DNA of 20,000 nucleotides from IMG/VR virus record IMGVR_UViG_3300035136_000035, one strand, 5' to 3'. Below the pieces are notes generated by a model that did no database searches, was not told the DNA's origin, and saw only the letters and a program-made list of their open reading frames with translations. Within the stretch, counting starts at the first letter, position 1. Each line of letters starts with the position of its first letter. The position numbers were made by a program, and so were the translations under genes. This stretch comes from an uncultured virus (IMG/VR IMGVR_UViG_3300035136_000035). Taxonomy: Duplodnaviria > Heunggongvirae > Uroviricota > Caudoviricetes. Positions 16,888 to 20,000 of the stretch are shown here, piece by piece.

Positions 16888-18105
16888 TTATGTTTCACAA
16901 ATTGGTTGATTGAATTCTTGTTTTAAATTTAAAAGGCCAATATCTCCATGTCTTAATTGTATTTTTTTATTCTCAAACCCCCATGCCTTAGCTTCCCATA
17001 CATTTTTACATTCTGGTACTCCAAGAAAATATTGCCGTTCGGTTGAAGGACAAATAACATCCAAAAAATAGTAATTTTTTCCTGTTAATTCATCTTTTTC
17101 TTTTGATTTCCATAATTTAATAGAATAACCATATTGATCTTTATCTTCATCTATTATTTCAATACCTAATAATTCAGCATATTTTTTAACTCCAAGTATT
17201 TCTTTTAAACACCTTCTTTTTTCTGCATTTTTTTCATTTATAATAGTCTGTTTTGTTATTTTATTTTTATGAAATATCCAGTCTTTGTCAATTATTAATC
17301 CTTTCCAAGCACATACTGAATATCCATCTTCAAATTCAACAGCATAATTATTTTCACAATGTAATTGTTTTGATTCATTTATATTCACTTTAGTTGGCAT
17401 TTGAATTACAATACATAATCCATCCATTTGAATCATATCATATATATTAGAATTAATTAATTTTTTCCATTCAGTCCATAATTCTAAATTATAAGAAGGT
17501 ATTAATTCATTATTTATAAAATCATAAAAACAAGTCCATCCATAATCCCATATATTACCATAATAAGAAAATTTCTCCAGTTCAAATTTCCCCAGATTAT
17601 CCCTCATATTATCCCTCAGATTATTCCCCAGATTATCCTCAAGATTATTCCCCAGATTATTCCACAGATTATTCCCCAGATTATCCCTCAGATTAACCCC
17701 CAGATTATCCACCAGATTATCCACCAGATTATCCCTCATATTATCCCTCAGATTATTCCCCAGATTATTCCACAGATTATTCCCCAGATTATTCCACAGA
17801 TTATTCCCCAGATTATTCCACAGATTATTCCCCAGATTATTCCACAGATTATTCCCCAGATTATTCCACAGATTATTCCCCAGATTAGAAATATTTTTTA
17901 ATATATTTATAATAAGTTGAGACTGAAAAGGACTTTGGCAATACCAGATAAAAGGCTCTTTATATCCGCTGTTTTTATAAATATATTTAATGCTTGATTC
18001 TGCTGTTTTTTTATTTATTTTATAACCTTTGTAAACTTTATCATAATACTTTTTTAAGTATACAGGAATAAGTTTTTCTTGTTGTGGTGTTAATTTATCA
18101 ATCAT
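16888..18105 (-). CDS. DUF6745-like protein with an internal tetrapeptide repeat
   Basis: MIDKLTPQQ N-terminus; LHCENNYAVEFEDGY..AWKG, EKNAEKRR, VICPSTERQYFLGVP, EAKAWGF...P..ET C-terminal domain. Confidence 0.75.
   Translation of the reverse strand: MIDKLTPQQEKLIPVYLKKYYDKVYKGYKINKKTAESSIKYIYKNSGYKEPFIWYCQSPFQSQLIINILKNISNLGNNLWNNLGNNLWNNLGNNLWNNLGNNLWNNLGNNLWNNLGNNLRDNMRDNLVDNLVDNLGVNLRDNLGNNLWNNLGNNLEDNLGNNLRDNMRDNLGKFELEKFSYYGNIWDYGWTCFYDFINNELIPSYNLELWTEWKKLINSNIYDMIQMDGLCIVIQMPTKVNINESKQLHCENNYAVEFEDGYSVCAWKGLIIDKDWIFHKNKITKQTIINEKNAEKRRCLKEILGVKKYAELLGIEIIDEDKDQYGYSIKLWKSKEKDELTGKNYYFLDVICPSTERQYFLGVPECKNVWEAKAWGFENKKIQLRHGDIGLLNLKQEFNQPICET
17588..17887 (-). repeat. Coding tandem repeat, ~25 x 12 bp (NLGN/NLWN/NLRD/NLVD)
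   Basis: Units such as AATCTGGGGAAT and AATCTGTGGAAT on the minus strand, including about five consecutive perfect 24-bp dimers. Confidence 0.95.
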
Positions 18106-18109
18106 AGTT

Positions 18110-18394
18110 TTATTTAAATTTTAAGTTTTGTAACTTTTTTACTTTTCTAAGTAATTTATTTATTTCTTGTATTCTCATTTGTTCAGCTTTTTCTGTTGCT
18201 TCTTTTTTAGTTAAATGCCAATCTGTTTTTTTAAAGTATAATACAGGTATCCAAGAAAAATTTCCATCAGAAAATGGATTTTTTTTCATTATACATAAGC
18301 TATTAGGTTTATTTATTTCAAATGAAAAATTATTATCTTCGTTATATTCTATTATTCCTTTGCTTAAAGCATGTTTTGTTATGTACACTTTCAT
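18110..18394 (-). CDS. Phage hypothetical protein
   Basis: ORF track; MKVYITKHALSKGI...WHLTKKEATEKAEQMR. Confidence 0.75.
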   Translation of the reverse strand: MKVYITKHALSKGIIEYNEDNNFSFEINKPNSLCIMKKNPFSDGNFSWIPVLYFKKTDWHLTKKEATEKAEQMRIQEINKLLRKVKKLQNLKFK

Positions 18395-18397
18395 GAT

Positions 18398-18514
18398 TTA
18401 GCGTTTTATTTCATCACAAATAATGTCTTTTCTTGCTTTCTTTGAAATAAGCAAATACATACAGAATAAAATACCTAGTATTATTATCCATAGAGATTTT
18501 AATAGTTTTTTCAT
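18398..18514 (-). CDS. Small membrane peptide (38 aa, MKKLLKSLWIIILGILFCMYLLISKK...)
   Basis: Hand-translated; fills the gap; one hydrophobic helix. Confidence 0.5.
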   Translation of the reverse strand: MKKLLKSLWIIILGILFCMYLLISKKARKDIICDEIKR

Positions 18515-18516
18515 AT

Positions 18517-18633
18517 TTAAAAGTTTAAAGTTTTAATTATTAATATTCCTATAATTACTAATATAAGAAGTAGTGTTACAATTACTACATTTCTGCATCC
18601 TTCATTGTTTTCCATTAGTGAAAAATTTTTCAT
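18517..18633 (-). CDS. Small membrane peptide (38 aa, MKNFSLMENNEGCRNVVIVTLLLILVIIGILIIKTLNF) starting within the attI-like repeat
   Basis: Hand-translated; stop lies 2 nt before the next ATG. Confidence 0.45.
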   Translation of the reverse strand: MKNFSLMENNEGCRNVVIVTLLLILVIIGILIIKTLNF

Positions 18634-18652
18634 TGTTTATATAAACAAGTTA
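18607..18652 (+). repeat. attI-like site of the right array
   Basis: GTTTTCCATTAGTGAAAAATTTTTCATTGTTTATATAAACAAGTTA; inverted copy of 3410-3455 (45/46). Confidence 0.6.
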
Positions 18653-19012
18653 ACTGCAATTGGGTTTCAACCACATTTGTACAGGATGTCCATCCGGTCT
18701 AATTATCCAATGTTTGTTATCAAATAGCGTTTCACCTTCTATACCGTGACTGTCAATTGTAATATAAATACCATCTTCTGTTGGGCGTTCATCATTCGAA
18801 ACAACCCAACAGCCGTTAACATCACGTATAGGTAATGCCGCTGTTTCTTCGTTCGAACGTTCTGCCCGTTCACTTGCTCTTAACAAACTATTTCTTATCT
18901 CATTCAATTCCTTTAAATCTTGGCTTATAAATGGTTGTTCCCCGGGGTTTATTGCCATTACTCCGTTCATTATTCTTTCTAAAAAGTCTAGTGTTTTAAT
19001 AAAAAAATCCAT
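18650..19012 (-). CDS. Cassette-borne protein; N-terminal half encoded in the C5 loop, C-terminal half DUF551-like
   Basis: Reads through the C5 arm as TAALPIRDVNGC, then WVVSNDERPTEDGIY...HW...VQMW. The stop TAA is the core of the attI-like site. Confidence 0.65.
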   Translation of the reverse strand: MDFFIKTLDFLERIMNGVMAINPGEQPFISQDLKELNEIRNSLLRASERAERSNEETAALPIRDVNGCWVVSNDERPTEDGIYITIDSHGIEGETLFDNKHWIIRPDGHPVQMWLKPNCS

Positions 19013-19097
19013 CGCTCGTATTATTTAGTTTTATAACTCGTATTTAACTGTGTGCCAAATTGGATGGCGGCACGTACCCATACGTACACCGTTAGCA
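18814..19097 (+). repeat. attC-like site C5 (long, ~230-nt loop)
   Basis: TAAC-ATC-ACGTATAGGTAATGCCG (18817-18840) ... CGGCACGTACCCATACGT-ACACC-GTTA (19068-19094); complementary arms with a bulge. Confidence 0.75.
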
Positions 19098-19108
19098 ACA
19101 AGGCTACA

Positions 19109-19360
19109 TTACCGTTCTTTAAAACTACTTGCTATAAAAGTTGATTTTTCATCTTTGTAAACAAAAGATTGTTCAGACAATACTTTCATTACGTACCCGC
19201 TTGTATATTCTAATACGGTGTCTGTTTCAGAATCATAGTCTGCAACAATCTTATCACTCCATTCAAAAATTACTTTTACAGGTAAGTTTACAATTCTTAA
19301 ATCACCATCACCTACTGGAGTTTCTTTTATTTCAGGCATTTCCCATTTAAATTCTTCCAT
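19109..19360 (-). CDS. Cassette-borne acidic hypothetical protein
   Basis: Lies between GTTAGCAAC (19091-19099) and GTTGCTAAC (19386-19394). Confidence 0.7.
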   Translation of the reverse strand: MEEFKWEMPEIKETPVGDGDLRIVNLPVKVIFEWSDKIVADYDSETDTVLEYTSGYVMKVLSEQSFVYKDEKSTFIASSFKER

Positions 19361-19387
19361 TTTATTTCTCGTTTAAAACCGCCCAGT

Positions 19388-19478
19388 TGCTAACATAGTG
19401 TAGCCACAATAGGCGGAAAGTTATTACTAAATTTGAGCAGTCTACAAAGCGGCCTACTCTTACCGCTGTCCGTTAGCA
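19388..19478 (+). repeat. attC-like site C6 (chimeric)
   Basis: TGCTAAC (19388-19394)...GTTAGCA (19472-19478). 19422-19471 is an exact 50-bp inverted copy of 2488-2537; the other arm (ATAGTGTAGCCACAATAGGCGG) is different. Confidence 0.75.
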
Positions 19479-19484
19479 ATAATA

Positions 19485-19811
19485 CTACATCCGTTCTTCT
19501 TTAATGTTTGGAATAGGTATATTATCGCTAATTAATTCAAATAATTTTAAAAGCATTTTCCTTCTTGCTGCTAATATTTGTGATTTTACATCTTCCAATG
19601 TTCTACTGTCAGTAATTATAGACTCGCTCTCCTTGTAAACAATTCCATTATATATTATTAGCATATAGTAACGACACTTTGAGTAACCATGAGAGTTTGT
19701 TCTCCAATCAATCCATTGTTCAAATCTATCAAAACTTACCGTACTGTTGCTAACACACGGTAAAACTCCATTGCCTTCTTGTTTTTCGATATTTTGTTCT
19801 TCGTTTTTCAT
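19485..19811 (-). CDS. Cassette-borne hypothetical protein starting inside C7
   Basis: ATG at 19811 is in the C7 loop; reads through the arm as EGNGVLPCVSNS. Confidence 0.7.
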   Translation of the reverse strand: MKNEEQNIEKQEGNGVLPCVSNSTVSFDRFEQWIDWRTNSHGYSKCRYYMLIIYNGIVYKESESIITDSRTLEDVKSQILAARRKMLLKLFELISDNIPIPNIKEERM

Positions 19812-19881
19812 TTTATTATATTTTGATAATTTACCTCTCGTATTTATTACGGCAACGAGAGTTTACCGTCAAACGTTATTC
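19748..19881 (+). repeat. attC-like site C7
   Basis: TAAC-AC-ACGGTAAAACTCCATTGCC (19751-19775) ... GGCAACGAGAGTTTACCGT-CAAAC-GTTA (19851-19878). Confidence 0.8.
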
Positions 19882-19998
19882 ATCACCCCCTAAACTTTCG
19901 TTAAGTGAATCAAATTTATATGCAAATGTTAAGGAATCCAATTTCATTTGTCGAATTTCGAGTAATACATGAAACGAATCAAATTGAAATTTGGATTG
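19876..19998 (-). CDS. Partial cassette-borne ORF (...QSKFQFDSFHVLLEIRQMKLDSLTFAYKFDSLNESLGGDE)
   Basis: Hand-translated open frame from the window edge; its stop TAA is part of the C7 core. Confidence 0.55.
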   Translation of the reverse strand, partial: QSKFQFDSFHVLLEIRQMKLDSLTFAYKFDSLNESLGGDE

Positions 19999-20000
19999 TT

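Noticed and set aside
17588..17887. CRISPR array or DGR template/variable region
   Set aside because: Contiguous 12-bp units without unique spacers, in frame within a gene. No second copy differing only at adenines and no reverse transcriptase in the window.
19141..19350. Plus-strand 69-aa ORF
   Set aside because: Antisense to 19109-19360, which has the better start context and matches the orientation of its neighbours.
1..20000. Stop-codon reassignment as the cause of many short ORFs
   Set aside because: Recognisable genes (dnaB, rusA, HU, exonuclease) are full length in code 11, and short ORFs tile with ATGA/TAATG overlaps.
1..20000. Integron integrase or other tyrosine recombinase in the window
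   Set aside because: No ORF of suitable size shows the R...HxxR...H/W...Y catalytic pattern. The enzyme must be outside the window, host-encoded or lost.

Overview
AT-rich, densely coding phage or prophage DNA, most likely infecting a Bacteroidetes host (TAnnTTTG promoter motif, AT-rich aaattATG starts without Shine-Dalgarno). It holds a replication/recombination region: an intein-containing DnaB helicase, a YqaJ-type exonuclease, a RecT-like annealase, RusA, HU, and HNH-like and HAD-like proteins. Two operons converge on a bidirectional terminator near 15.8 kb. The main observation is that each operon is entered through an integron-like gene-cassette array (2149-3455 and 18607->20000). Seven attC-like TAAC...GTTA elements separate small ORFs whose two ends are complementary. 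Both arrays end in the same 46-bp sequence (45/46 identical), where identity stops at a GTT core as expected for attI. The sites appear to have polarity opposite to the genes, so several genes start inside the attC loop and read through the site. No integrase is visible in the window. All family assignments come from motif recognition by eye, not from database searches.
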